DNA of 64,000 bases from Bacteroidota bacterium (lineage in GTDB: Bacteria > Bacteroidota > Bacteroidia > M30B66): contig JAIXYK010000032.1 in the NCBI GenBank assembly GCA_027490225.1, positions 32,418 through 96,417 of the forward strand, read 5' to 3'. Shown here in pieces: positions 1 to 9,535 of the stretch (the stretch's first letter is position 1; each line of letters starts with the position of its first letter). Both the position numbers and the translations under genes were made by a program. Under the pieces are notes generated by a model. That model had not been told where the DNA came from. It made no database searches and saw only the letters and a program-made list of their open reading frames with translations.

Positions 1-626
1 TTTCCATTAGGTAAATTGTCGCTTTTCTTCTTTAAGTAATATTGGATTATCACCACGATACCAAGCAACATGAGTGCTCCTACCATGTGAATGGTAATTT
101 TTAAAGGTGCTAAATTTGAGGCTACGACCAAAGCACCCAACCAGCCTTGAAATCCCGTTAAAAAGAGCATCAAAAAACTCAAGCCCACAAGTTTTTTATT
201 GGTTGTCCAATAGGAGAAAGAACAAACGAGCATTCCAACCACAAAAAGACCTAATACGGCTCCTAATAAACGGTTAATGTATTCAATCCAAGTTTGTAAT
301 ACGTAGAACTCTGCATAATTATGTTTTGGATATTTTTCCCAATTCTCACGTGCAAAAGTTTCTTTTGAAACAAAGTTTGAGGTAGCTCTCCAAAGGGTAT
401 CATTCTCTATTACCATCATTCCTTTTTGGTATTCAAATGAAGGATGAAAATTTACCTGCTCAGGAGATGTTGGAGGTATATAATAACCAAAACACTTAGG
501 CCAATCGGGGCAACCCATTCCAGATTGTGTTACACGCACAACACTACCAGCAAGAATTACCAAAAATGTAAATACAAAAGTTAAAAATGAAAATATTCTA
601 AAAAACCGCTGAATTCGGTTACGCAT
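1..626 (-). CDS. ctaA: heme A synthase (CtaA/COX15 family), N-terminal part; gene runs off the window start
   Basis: The reverse-complement translation from ATG at 624-626 reads MRNRIQRFF...GCPDWPKCFGYY... across several TM helices. The Cys-Pro-Asp-Trp-Pro-x-Cys loop is the CtaA signature. The ORF is open to position 1. Confidence 0.75.
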   Translation of the reverse strand, partial: MRNRIQRFFRIFSFLTFVFTFLVILAGSVVRVTQSGMGCPDWPKCFGYYIPPTSPEQVNFHPSFEYQKGMMVIENDTLWRATSNFVSKETFARENWEKYPKHNYAEFYVLQTWIEYINRLLGAVLGLFVVGMLVCSFSYWTTNKKLVGLSFLMLFLTGFQGWLGALVVASNLAPLKITIHMVGALMLLGIVVIIQYYLKKKSDNLPNG

Positions 627-733
627 ATCTAATTAAGTATAAAGTGCAAATTACGCAGCAAATGAACTAACAAACAAATATTTGGAATTGTTTGGTTTGT
701 AATAACATCAACAAATTAGATTAGGTTTGTATA

Positions 734-1120
734 ATGATGAACGAACCCGACAAATCGACCTTTTTTATAGACTTACAACGCTTAGTGGTAGATTATGTTA
801 AAACCAGACTTGAACTGACCCAGCTTGTTGCTTTTGAAAAAATTTCAAAGATTGTAGCTTATTTGGTTATTGGTGTAATTCTAGCGCTTTTGTTTTTCTT
901 CGGATTACTGTTTGCAAGTGTAGTTTTAGGTATCTTTTTAAGTGATTTGCTGGGTAGCACCTTAATAGGATTTGGAATTATTGCACTTATTTATTTGTTG
1001 GTATTTATGGTCATTCTAAGCCTAAGAAATAAATTAATTGCCCCTGTTATCATTAATTCAATTATAAAGATTTTGTATGAACGCAGTCAATCAGATGAAG
1101 ATGAAATCCAAGAAGATTGA
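734..1120 (+). CDS. small membrane protein, phage-holin-family-like (2 TM)
   Basis: 128 aa with an amphipathic N-terminus, then two long hydrophobic helices and an acidic tail. This matches the size and topology of 'Holin-X' family proteins. Confidence 0.45.
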   Translation: MMNEPDKSTFFIDLQRLVVDYVKTRLELTQLVAFEKISKIVAYLVIGVILALLFFFGLLFASVVLGIFLSDLLGSTLIGFGIIALIYLLVFMVILSLRNKLIAPVIINSIIKILYERSQSDEDEIQED

Positions 1121-1448
1121 AGATATTGAAAGTCTTCTAGCAGAGCAAAAAAGACTTCGCAAAACCTTAAAATCTAGTGAAATAGAAATTAATGAACGAT
1201 TTGGTTATTTAAGAAGAAAGTATCCTATCATATTGTTGCACCAGATTCTGCCTTTTGAAGATAAAAAAAAGGAAATGATTGCAAACACATTGGTAATAGT
1301 AAGCAGTCTTTTTATGGGAAAAGTGGCTGATTCGGGTAAAGAACTTTTAGAAAACGTTTTCCAAAAGATATTTACTTGGATAAAGAAGAAAACTGGATTT
1401 GAGAAGGCTGAAGAAACTAGCGCTTCACAACCTGACTCAGCGCTTTAA
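1077..1448 (+). CDS. hypothetical protein (true start probably the internal Met at ~1095-1101)
   Basis: ORF on the same strand overlapping the end of the upstream gene; the first half is a charged coiled-coil-like stretch. Confidence 0.35.
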   Translation: MNAVNQMKMKSKKIEDIESLLAEQKRLRKTLKSSEIEINERFGYLRRKYPIILLHQILPFEDKKKEMIANTLVIVSSLFMGKVADSGKELLENVFQKIFTWIKKKTGFEKAEETSASQPDSAL

Positions 1449-2868
1449 TAAATGCATCATCAATTTTTATATACTCGAGCATTCTATTTGATTTTTGATT
1501 TAACAATTCAAATTTCGAGAATAACTGAGCTATTTTTTGGTCAACTTGTCTTGCACTTGAACTCATTTGCAATGAAAGTATCTTGTAGAAAATGAGTGCA
1601 TTTTCATAACCAATTTCATCATCTAGTTCCCTTATTTTCCTAGTAACAGAGCGTAATAAACTTGTTGCTGGATCATATTTATTAATCATTGAATAATTCA
1701 ATGCCAGTAACAATTTTACTTCAATCTCAGAATGTGGATAATTTTTAAAGCTGATATCATTAATTAACCCATTTAATTGCTGAACTGCCTCTTGGTATTT
1801 TTTTGCGTAAAATGCACAAGTAGAAACGTATTTTACGAAATTGATGTAGTTAGGAACATCGTTCTTGTCAGGCTCGTAATTAGGAATGAGCGTTTTGTTT
1901 TGTTCGTATAACTCTGTTTCTGTGCCCAATTCAATATGCCTTTCAATTTTAGACAATAAAAACTTCGTAGTGAACGCGCAATGGTTGAATAACAGAAATG
2001 ATTGCAATTTTTTATCTACCTCTTCGAAAAATCTAGTTTCCTTTTTAGGAAGATTCAATTTATGGTAATATTCGAAGGCTAGAAAATTATATACTAATTG
2101 CAGGTATTGATAATTGGTATCTTTTGAGAAGGTTGTAAAAACTTTTTCAAGTTTCAATAAGATATCTTCAATTGGCTCATCATCTTTTATAGCATCTGTA
2201 TTGGGTACAAAAAGTGCAAAAGAAATATCTACAATGCTTTTGTAAACTGTTAAATGGTGAGATAAATAAAGCGTACAAATATGCCCCATTTCCTTTTTAA
2301 TTAAGGCGAGGTATTCAATTTGCGATTTATTTCTGGATGCAAAATATTCACCTAGAGAATTCATAAAAGAATTCAATAAGTCTTCTGCTTTATCTAAAGC
2401 TATGGTGTAAGCAAGGTGCTTATTATAAAGCTGGGTGTATTCGTAATATTTCGGTGAATGAATGTGCAATTTCTTTAGAGCACTGTACACACTCGACATT
2501 TCATATGGCATGTCGTAGTTTTGCAATTCTGACTCTAATTTTGAAAGAATGGCAATGGCAGTATCTCTGTGCGTATCGTAGATTAATGTGGGAATGTTTG
2601 CAACTTTTCTCAATAAATCGATAATTGGAGTCGACATATTGTTGGTGAGGAAGTCTTGAATCTTATCAAACAACCTTGATTTTAAGGTGTAATAAGCACT
2701 CGTATTAACAGCTAACATTTCCTGAATATCCTCGTCGGTATATTTGTTCTCTCTATACAACTTCAACAACCTAAGGTATTTGTCTGCTTTGGTATCAATA
2801 AATTGTTGACACAAATCGTTGTACTCATCTTCCTTGAGCTGCAGAACTATACTCTTAAACTTAATCAT
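1417..2868 (-). CDS. hypothetical all-alpha protein (483 aa) with a possible N-terminal HTH-like segment
   Basis: Long uninterrupted ORF rich in Leu/Tyr/Lys with no TM segment or signal peptide. The N-terminal 70 aa resemble a small helix-turn-helix module. Confidence 0.55.
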   Translation of the reverse strand: MIKFKSIVLQLKEDEYNDLCQQFIDTKADKYLRLLKLYRENKYTDEDIQEMLAVNTSAYYTLKSRLFDKIQDFLTNNMSTPIIDLLRKVANIPTLIYDTHRDTAIAILSKLESELQNYDMPYEMSSVYSALKKLHIHSPKYYEYTQLYNKHLAYTIALDKAEDLLNSFMNSLGEYFASRNKSQIEYLALIKKEMGHICTLYLSHHLTVYKSIVDISFALFVPNTDAIKDDEPIEDILLKLEKVFTTFSKDTNYQYLQLVYNFLAFEYYHKLNLPKKETRFFEEVDKKLQSFLLFNHCAFTTKFLLSKIERHIELGTETELYEQNKTLIPNYEPDKNDVPNYINFVKYVSTCAFYAKKYQEAVQQLNGLINDISFKNYPHSEIEVKLLLALNYSMINKYDPATSLLRSVTRKIRELDDEIGYENALIFYKILSLQMSSSARQVDQKIAQLFSKFELLNQKSNRMLEYIKIDDAFIKALSQVVKR

Positions 2869-2923
2869 GCTGGCTTTTTGAGGGCAATATACTTGAAAAT
2901 TATAAAATAAGACAAGAACTTAT

Positions 2924-5900
2924 TTAATTTTCATCAACAGTTGTTGTAACCGCTCCTGGCAATTGATCTATTATTTCCCAAGTCCCGTCAGCGCGCTGTC
3001 TCTCAATTATGTAAAATCCAACACCTTGGTCTCCCCAGCCATTATAAGGTGTCCAATTTAATTCAATACTAAATGCGTCTGTTGCTTCAGCTTTTAATAC
3101 CACATTATCACTAAAACCCCCTTGTTTTCCTTCTATTCCGCATTGGTTCGTTGCCATAATCCTGTAAAAATACTTTGTATTATTTACATTTACATTTTCA
3201 TCTAAATATGACCTTTGTTCGCTCGGAACTGTTCCTAAGTATATAAAGTTAAGGTTATCGGTAGAGCGGTAAATTTTATAAGCTGTAACTTTATCGCCCA
3301 TAACAGCAGGAACGGGCCATTCGGTTAGTACAGATTCATTATTTACTACAGTAGACCTTGCTGCATTTACTTTTTGGTCTGCAAATAAATTATCAATTGG
3401 ATTGCTTAAGTCGTAATCAGAATCAGATTCCACATGCCATTGACCATTTAAGCCTTCTCCTTTTACAGAATATCTATATTTCACTGGACAAAAAACCGAA
3501 GAGTCTCTGTAAGCGGTAACACTTCCTGGCACAATTCCCAAATCTTCTGTAATTGCAGAATTTTCTTCTGTTCTAAAAATTCTGTATTGAGTTGGAATTT
3601 TTCCTACGTAAGGTGACCATGTGAGGTCAATTTTATTATCTTCTCTTGTAAATGCTTCAATATTGATTGTACAATGTTCAATAATACTATCACTTTCAAT
3701 AGAATAACCACATCTGTCGGATGTTATAATTTTATAACAATAAACATTTTCAAATGTATTTAAATTTCCATCTGTTAACGATATGGTGTGCGGATCTGAA
3801 ATCGTCTGAATTAATTCAAATTGCAGCGTTTCTTGATTCTTTTTATAAATCATATAAGCGCCGAAATCGGGTGCTAGAGACTCTTCCCATTCTACAATAA
3901 CTTCTGTTTGGCTTAAAACGCTCACACGAAGGATTGGCGTAACTGGCGCAGGAAGTGTATCAAAAACATTCACAATACTCGGAAGTATTAATGTATCACT
4001 GCAACCATTTTCATTGTGTACTTGAAGTTGAATGGTGTAAAAACCTGGCTCAAAATAAACAGCAGAAGGGTTTTGCAAAGTTGAAGTTGCTGCATTTCCG
4101 AAATCCCATGAATATGTTGGATTTTCCAGGTTGTAAGAAGTATTATTGAAGGTAACATTTAAAGGAGTGCACCCTTCTGTTTCTGTTAATGTGAATCCTG
4201 CAATAGGTATTAAATGAGCTTCAAGTCCATTAAACATGGCTGTATCTGTGCAGCCTCCTTCGTTAGTAGCAATTAATTGAATGTTAAATTCACCTGCTTC
4301 ATTGTAATTCACAGTTGGATTCTCTTCAGTTGAAGTTTGCCCATTGCCAAAATCCCAGAAATAGCTAACAGCACCAACTGAATTATTGACTGCATTTATA
4401 AGCAAAGGTGCGCAATTGCTGGTATCATTCACTGCAAATTCAGCTCTTGGAAAAGGAAAAACTGTAATTGGAAAAGGAATAGTAAAAAATGCGCTACAAC
4501 CTAAGGTGTCTTGAGAGAATAAAGTAATTATATATTCACCTGCTTGTTCAAAACTAAATACTGGATGTTGAACTGCACTTATTGTTCCTTCTCCAAAATT
4601 CCATTCCCATTCAACAGCACCCATTGATAAATCTGTAAACTGAACGGTATCTCCAATACATAATTGATTGTCAGACACTTGAAATTGTGTGCCTGGACCT
4701 AGAACTGTAACATAATCTACATATAGTAAAGTATCTGAACAACCGTTAGATGCAGTAATAATTAAACTAACATCATATTGTCCTGGGGCGCTGTATAATT
4801 TAACAGGATTCTGAACTGTTGAACTAGAGCCATCTCCAAAATCCCATAACCAAGTTACGGCCTCTACAGACTGATCAAAAAATTCTACAATAGATGGGGC
4901 GCAACTTGCAGGTGTAGGTGAATTGAAAGCTGCAATTGGTCCTGTTACAGATATTGGTACTTGTAAAAATACAGTATCAATGCAATTTTCTAAAGATGTT
5001 ATAATAGCTCTTGCTGTGAAATTTCCATTGCTTGTGTATAAGTGACTTGGCGTTGGGCCACTGCCAGTGGTCCCATCACCGAAGTCCCATTGCCAACTTA
5101 CAATTCCATCTTGAGAAGCCGTAAAATTTACTGGCAATGGATTACAGTTACCTGTAAATGAAGCTTCAATTTGAGGAGAAAATAAAGTAATCCCAGCTTT
5201 AGTAGTTGAATCTATGCATCCATGTGATGTTGTTATTGTTAACGAAATAGAATCTGCTGGTTCTGATGTAACAGAAATGAAAGGGTTACTTAATGTTGAA
5301 GTATCTCCATTTCCAAAGTCCCATAACCACGATACTGCATCCTGGCTTAAATCTGTAAATTGAACATTTAATGGTAAACAATTAGAAGTTTGGGTAAAAT
5401 CGAAATCCGCATTTGCACCATAAACTGTTATTGGAATGTCAATAACATCAATAGATTCACACCCTCCTGCATGATAATTCATTGCTTTTAAAGTAACATA
5501 GTAAACACCTGGATTTTGGAAAACATTAGACCCTGTGGTACTCCAATCATGGTCGTATGTTCCATCCTGCCATTGCCATAAATACCAGCCATATGCACCG
5601 TTATTCGCACCTGTGGAAAGATTTGTAAAATTTGCTGTAAAGGGCGCACATCCGCTAACAGGACCTACACTTTCAATTCTTGCAACAGGAAAATAAACTG
5701 TAACTGGCACAGGTAGGTTAAAAGTATTACTACAGCCATCTGGATCAGTATATTGTAAAGTGACATTAAACTCTCCAGCATGAGTATAAAAATGAGAAGG
5801 AAATGCTTCTGTTGAAGTTGTACTGTCTCCAAAATCCCATAAATATGTGTAATTTTCAGGAAAATCATGGGCAAATTCTACTGTATCTTTACAAACAGAA

Positions 5901-8746
5901 TGAGGATAAGTAACGACAGGTAATGGTGGGTTAGAGAAAAATGACTTTAACCTAGAAGACTGACAACCAAGAGTGTCAATTAACGTTAATACAACATTAT
6001 ATGCAGAAGCAGAAAGAGGGAAATCATTGCTTGCTGTGAAAGAATTACTTGTTATTCCATTTCCAAAATTCCAAACAAGACTTTGAACTACATTAGAATC
6101 GGGATAAGTTACTTGAATATTTGTATAAGAACAATAAACAGTTTCCTCTAAGGTAAAATCAATTAATCCTCCCCCAATTTGAATAGATTGTGGGTATTGA
6201 ATTGTATCATAACCTAGTTGAGTTTGAATCACATAGGAAACATTGTAAATACCAGAAGCTGCATAATTGTGCGATGGGTTTTGTTCTGTGGAGGTCGCGC
6301 CGTCTCCAAAATTCCATAAAACCACATCTTCCTCTTCATCCTGAGGATAAAATGAAATATTAATTGGTGCACATCCAATTAAAGGGAAAAGCAAATTTTC
6401 ACTTACACTACCTGTACTGCCTCCTGAGGAACTATCTCCAATAACGATAATCGGTATAGTTGATTCAAATGAGCCACTAAATTCAGTAGTATCACAATTG
6501 TTATTTTCAATTTGGAGGGTAACTTGATATTCACCATCAGTTTGATAAACATGAGTTGGGTTTTCTTCAGTCGAGGTAAATCCATCGCCAAAGTTCCATA
6601 ACCAAGAAGTAGCAGACTGATTAGTACTTGTAAAATTTATTGCAATAGGATTTGAACCTTCTACAGCCGAAGAAGTAAACCCTGCATTAAACGATGAAAA
6701 ATTAACCGAATTAAAACCTATGTACGTATAAGTACATCCCAGATTTGTGGTAACTGTTAAACTTGCATGATGTGTATTATTATTATCGTACACATGGGTT
6801 GGTGTTTCTGAAGTAGATGTTGTTCCATCTCCAAAATTCCACAACCACGAAACTACACTCACAGAATTAGTGTCTTGAAAAGTAACAGGAAAAGGCGGAC
6901 AAGGATCTATTGTTACATTAAACCTAGGTATGCCTCCTTCAACAATTACAGTTTGAAAGTTGGGATAATTTATTGAACAAACGCTGCCATTGTTTATAAG
7001 TAGTGAAACCGTATAAACACCTGCTTCTTCGTAGGTATGGTTTGGATTAGATAATGTTGAAGTGTTCCCGTCTCCAAAATTCCACAGATAACTTATGGCG
7101 GAATTATCTTGAATTCCAAAAGAAGCAGTAAACGGAACGCAAGCTGTTATTGGTGGCGGAGGATTATAAATAGCATTTTCGTAATTTACATCTATAAAGT
7201 TATTGATTATTAATGTATCTCGACATCCAGCCGGGTTTGTTGCAATTAACGTAACATTGTAAGAACCTAAATTTGGATAATTCTTATTAGGATTTGCTGA
7301 GGTAGAAACAGACCCATCTCCAAATAACCAAAGATAAGACGCAGCTCCAACACTAGTATTTGTAAAACTAACCTGAAATGGTGGACAACCTGAAGTGTCT
7401 GAAGCTGTAAATGAGGCTATTGGAGCAACAACAGTTACTGCCGCATTTATTAAATTGAAAGCCGTGCAGCCAAATTGATTCGTTGCTGTGAGTTTTACAT
7501 TATATGTACCTGGGTTTAGATAAGTAAATGTTGGGTTTGAAACTGTAGAACTTTGACCATTTCCAAAATCCCATAAATAACTAACAGCACCACTACTTTG
7601 ATTTGCAAAACTTACAGTTAAAGGCGCGCAGCCAGTTGAATTACTTAAAGTAAAAGAAGGTATTGGTAATGGGTTTACCTGAATAAAATTATTATTCTGA
7701 ACTGGATAACTACATCCATTTGGCATTGTAACGGTTAATCCAACAGTATAACTTCCTTCATTTTGGTATGTTACAGACTGAGCCTCATTAGAAGATGTTT
7801 GCCCATTTCCAAAACTCCAGCTGTAAAAAGATGCACTATCGATATTTGTAGAAAAATTAACCACAAGAGGCTTACATCCGCTTACAGTATTAGAAACAAT
7901 TTGTGGGATTATCGGAGTATGTATTTTTATATACTGACTTTTTACTACACTATCTAAACATCCAAAAGTGTTTACAATTTTCAATTTTACATTATAAGTT
8001 CCGGGAGCAGAATAAATTTTATTGGGAGATTGTTGCGTAGAAGTTGTTCCATCTCCAAAATCCCAAGTATAACTTCCTGCATTTGTATTTTGAGGACTAA
8101 ATTGAAAAACTTGGTTTGGATTGCAAGTTACAGTTGGAGTTGCAGAAAATTCCGCAGAAGTAATTGGATGAACACTTAAGTTTTCAGGTAATTGAAAAGA
8201 CCCAACACAACCACCTGAATTTGTAGCTAACATCGAGACTGTGTAATTACCGGCGTTATTATATATTTTGCTAGGATTACTTAGTAATGAATAAGTTCCA
8301 TCTCCAAAATCCCAGAAATAAGTGTTATTGCCAGGAGTAGTGTTTGTGAATGTAAAGTTAGTTTGATTCATACATCCACTTTGCACAGCACTAGTAAAGG
8401 ATGCAATTGGCCCAGGTAAAGCAGTAATGTAATTATTAAATATTGCTGTATCTCTGCTTCCATTAGAAGCAATGGCGATTAAGCTTACTGTATAATTACC
8501 AGGAGCTACATAAACGTTTTGGGGATTTTGTAAAGTTGAAAAATTGCCATTCCCGAAATTCCATTGGAATGAAGTTGCACCTGTCGAAGTATTAGTAAAA
8601 TTAACACTAAATGGCGCGCAACCTTGTTGTTGCGATGCGTTAAAACCTGCAGTAGGAATTTGGGCCCATAACTGGCTGCTTAGAAATAACAGACAGAAAT
8701 AGACTAATAATATGCGGTTTTTCTTTATATGTATAATTTTATCCAT
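2924..8746 (-). CDS. giant secreted cell-surface protein: signal peptide, ~20 tandem PKD domains, then FN3-like modules; no own T9SS CTD
   Basis: The track ORF is 2924..8896; I place the start at the internal Met (MDKIIHIKKNRILLVYFCLLFLSSQLWAQ, a signal peptide). The PKD-domain motif W(N/D)FGDG(T/S) recurs about 20 times at ~88-aa spacing. The C-terminal ~500 aa contain FN3-like YxYR..N..G repeats. Confidence 0.85.
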   Translation of the reverse strand: MDKIIHIKKNRILLVYFCLLFLSSQLWAQIPTAGFNASQQQGCAPFSVNFTNTSTGATSFQWNFGNGNFSTLQNPQNVYVAPGNYTVSLIAIASNGSRDTAIFNNYITALPGPIASFTSAVQSGCMNQTNFTFTNTTPGNNTYFWDFGDGTYSLLSNPSKIYNNAGNYTVSMLATNSGGCVGSFQLPENLSVHPITSAEFSATPTVTCNPNQVFQFSPQNTNAGSYTWDFGDGTTSTQQSPNKIYSAPGTYNVKLKIVNTFGCLDSVVKSQYIKIHTPIIPQIVSNTVSGCKPLVVNFSTNIDSASFYSWSFGNGQTSSNEAQSVTYQNEGSYTVGLTVTMPNGCSYPVQNNNFIQVNPLPIPSFTLSNSTGCAPLTVSFANQSSGAVSYLWDFGNGQSSTVSNPTFTYLNPGTYNVKLTATNQFGCTAFNLINAAVTVVAPIASFTASDTSGCPPFQVSFTNTSVGAASYLWLFGDGSVSTSANPNKNYPNLGSYNVTLIATNPAGCRDTLIINNFIDVNYENAIYNPPPPITACVPFTASFGIQDNSAISYLWNFGDGNTSTLSNPNHTYEEAGVYTVSLLINNGSVCSINYPNFQTVIVEGGIPRFNVTIDPCPPFPVTFQDTNSVSVVSWLWNFGDGTTSTSETPTHVYDNNNTHHASLTVTTNLGCTYTYIGFNSVNFSSFNAGFTSSAVEGSNPIAINFTSTNQSATSWLWNFGDGFTSTEENPTHVYQTDGEYQVTLQIENNNCDTTEFSGSFESTIPIIVIGDSSSGGSTGSVSENLLFPLIGCAPINISFYPQDEEEDVVLWNFGDGATSTEQNPSHNYAASGIYNVSYVIQTQLGYDTIQYPQSIQIGGGLIDFTLEETVYCSYTNIQVTYPDSNVVQSLVWNFGNGITSNSFTASNDFPLSASAYNVVLTLIDTLGCQSSRLKSFFSNPPLPVVTYPHSVCKDTVEFAHDFPENYTYLWDFGDSTTSTEAFPSHFYTHAGEFNVTLQYTDPDGCSNTFNLPVPVTVYFPVARIESVGPVSGCAPFTANFTNLSTGANNGAYGWYLWQWQDGTYDHDWSTTGSNVFQNPGVYYVTLKAMNYHAGGCESIDVIDIPITVYGANADFDFTQTSNCLPLNVQFTDLSQDAVSWLWDFGNGDTSTLSNPFISVTSEPADSISLTITTSHGCIDSTTKAGITLFSPQIEASFTGNCNPLPVNFTASQDGIVSWQWDFGDGTTGSGPTPSHLYTSNGNFTARAIITSLENCIDTVFLQVPISVTGPIAAFNSPTPASCAPSIVEFFDQSVEAVTWLWDFGDGSSSTVQNPVKLYSAPGQYDVSLIITASNGCSDTLLYVDYVTVLGPGTQFQVSDNQLCIGDTVQFTDLSMGAVEWEWNFGEGTISAVQHPVFSFEQAGEYIITLFSQDTLGCSAFFTIPFPITVFPFPRAEFAVNDTSNCAPLLINAVNNSVGAVSYFWDFGNGQTSTEENPTVNYNEAGEFNIQLIATNEGGCTDTAMFNGLEAHLIPIAGFTLTETEGCTPLNVTFNNTSYNLENPTYSWDFGNAATSTLQNPSAVYFEPGFYTIQLQVHNENGCSDTLILPSIVNVFDTLPAPVTPILRVSVLSQTEVIVEWEESLAPDFGAYMIYKKNQETLQFELIQTISDPHTISLTDGNLNTFENVYCYKIITSDRCGYSIESDSIIEHCTINIEAFTREDNKIDLTWSPYVGKIPTQYRIFRTEENSAITEDLGIVPGSVTAYRDSSVFCPVKYRYSVKGEGLNGQWHVESDSDYDLSNPIDNLFADQKVNAARSTVVNNESVLTEWPVPAVMGDKVTAYKIYRSTDNLNFIYLGTVPSEQRSYLDENVNVNNTKYFYRIMATNQCGIEGKQGGFSDNVVLKAEATDAFSIELNWTPYNGWGDQGVGFYIIERQRADGTWEIIDQLPGAVTTTVDEN

Positions 8747-8754
8747 CCCAATAT

Positions 8755-9231
8755 TTATTCTATGGTACCGTCTGCAACCAATGTAACTCTGCCTGTTTGC
8801 TCTGGTAAAACCGAATTGTTTTTTCCAATAGCTTTTACTTGATATACATAAACATCTGTACTTGTTATCTTTTTGCCTTTGTAAGAACCATCCCAATAAT
8901 TCTGAATGTCATCGCTCTCAAAAACCAATTCTCCAATGCGATTATATATTTGAAGATTAAAAGATTTAATTCCTTCTGCTTTTACCCCAAAAGAATCATT
9001 AAGTCCATCTCCATTAGGAGTAAATGCGCTTGGAATGTAAAGTAGTGGTTTCGGAATTGCCTCAGCAGTATTTGAAAGACTGGAAATTCCAGAACCTCCA
9101 ATTTTATAAGCTGTAACGCGATATGTTTTATTCTCACCATTATTAGATTGAGACTTCAAATCTTCATTTGAAAACACTATTAAACTAGCGATTAATAAAG
9201 TAAATGACCAATAATTGAATGATAATTTCAT
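8755..9231 (-). CDS. stand-alone T9SS type-B sorting-domain protein: signal peptide plus a gliding-motility-associated C-terminal domain (CHU_C) only
   Basis: 158 aa. The hydrophobic N-terminal signal peptide is followed by the motif FTPNGDGLNDSF...YNRIGELVF...WDG...DVYVYQV...GRVTLV, which is diagnostic of the type-B T9SS CTD. The stop lies ~8 nt before the start of the giant PKD gene. Confidence 0.75.
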   Translation of the reverse strand: MKLSFNYWSFTLLIASLIVFSNEDLKSQSNNGENKTYRVTAYKIGGSGISSLSNTAEAIPKPLLYIPSAFTPNGDGLNDSFGVKAEGIKSFNLQIYNRIGELVFESDDIQNYWDGSYKGKKITSTDVYVYQVKAIGKNNSVLPEQTGRVTLVADGTIE

Positions 9232-9535
9232 AAATACACTTTCAAATCTTCTTTAAGCTTAGTGTATTACTGCAATTATTGATTTTACGTTACCTATTGG
9301 AGTGAAATGAGTTGTGCATAAATTACATTTGTAATAAATTCTTCTTTTAACAAATCATTTAACGTGAAATTGTCGATTTTACTGACATTCAATCGAAATA
9401 AGTCTCAAATTAATCATGTAAGAAATTAGAATAAACTTACTTTTTATGCCATAAAACAAAAAAACACAGGAGTGTGCCTAGAAATGATTGAAATGAATTA
9501 TAAAAATCATATTTTAGACGGATTAATAAGATAGA

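Noticed and set aside
1886-8000. Short ORFs antisense or out of frame inside large genes (1886..2068, 3955..4149, 5665..5874, 6403..6591, 7763..7957, 8839..9045; likewise 10024..10329, 10896..11105, 12120..12368, 13372..13608, 15513..15806, 25333..26736 and others)
   Set aside because: They are fully embedded in long well-supported ORFs on the other strand or frame, have no start context and show AT-rich low-complexity composition. These are typical spurious ORFs in a low-GC genome.
8747-8896. 50-aa N-terminal extension of the giant PKD ORF (MGWFLQRQKDNKYRC...)
   Set aside because: It is Arg/Cys-rich with no signal peptide, and it overlaps the upstream CTD minigene. The internal Met gives a textbook signal peptide, so the extension is an ORF-finder artefact.
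2924-9231. Giant PKD protein and type-B CTD as one gene disrupted by a frameshift (pseudogene)
   Set aside because: The CTD ORF lies on the N-terminal (upstream) side, has its own signal peptide and its own stop codon, and the large ORF has its own signal peptide. The order is wrong for a C-terminal domain, so a simple frameshift cannot explain it.
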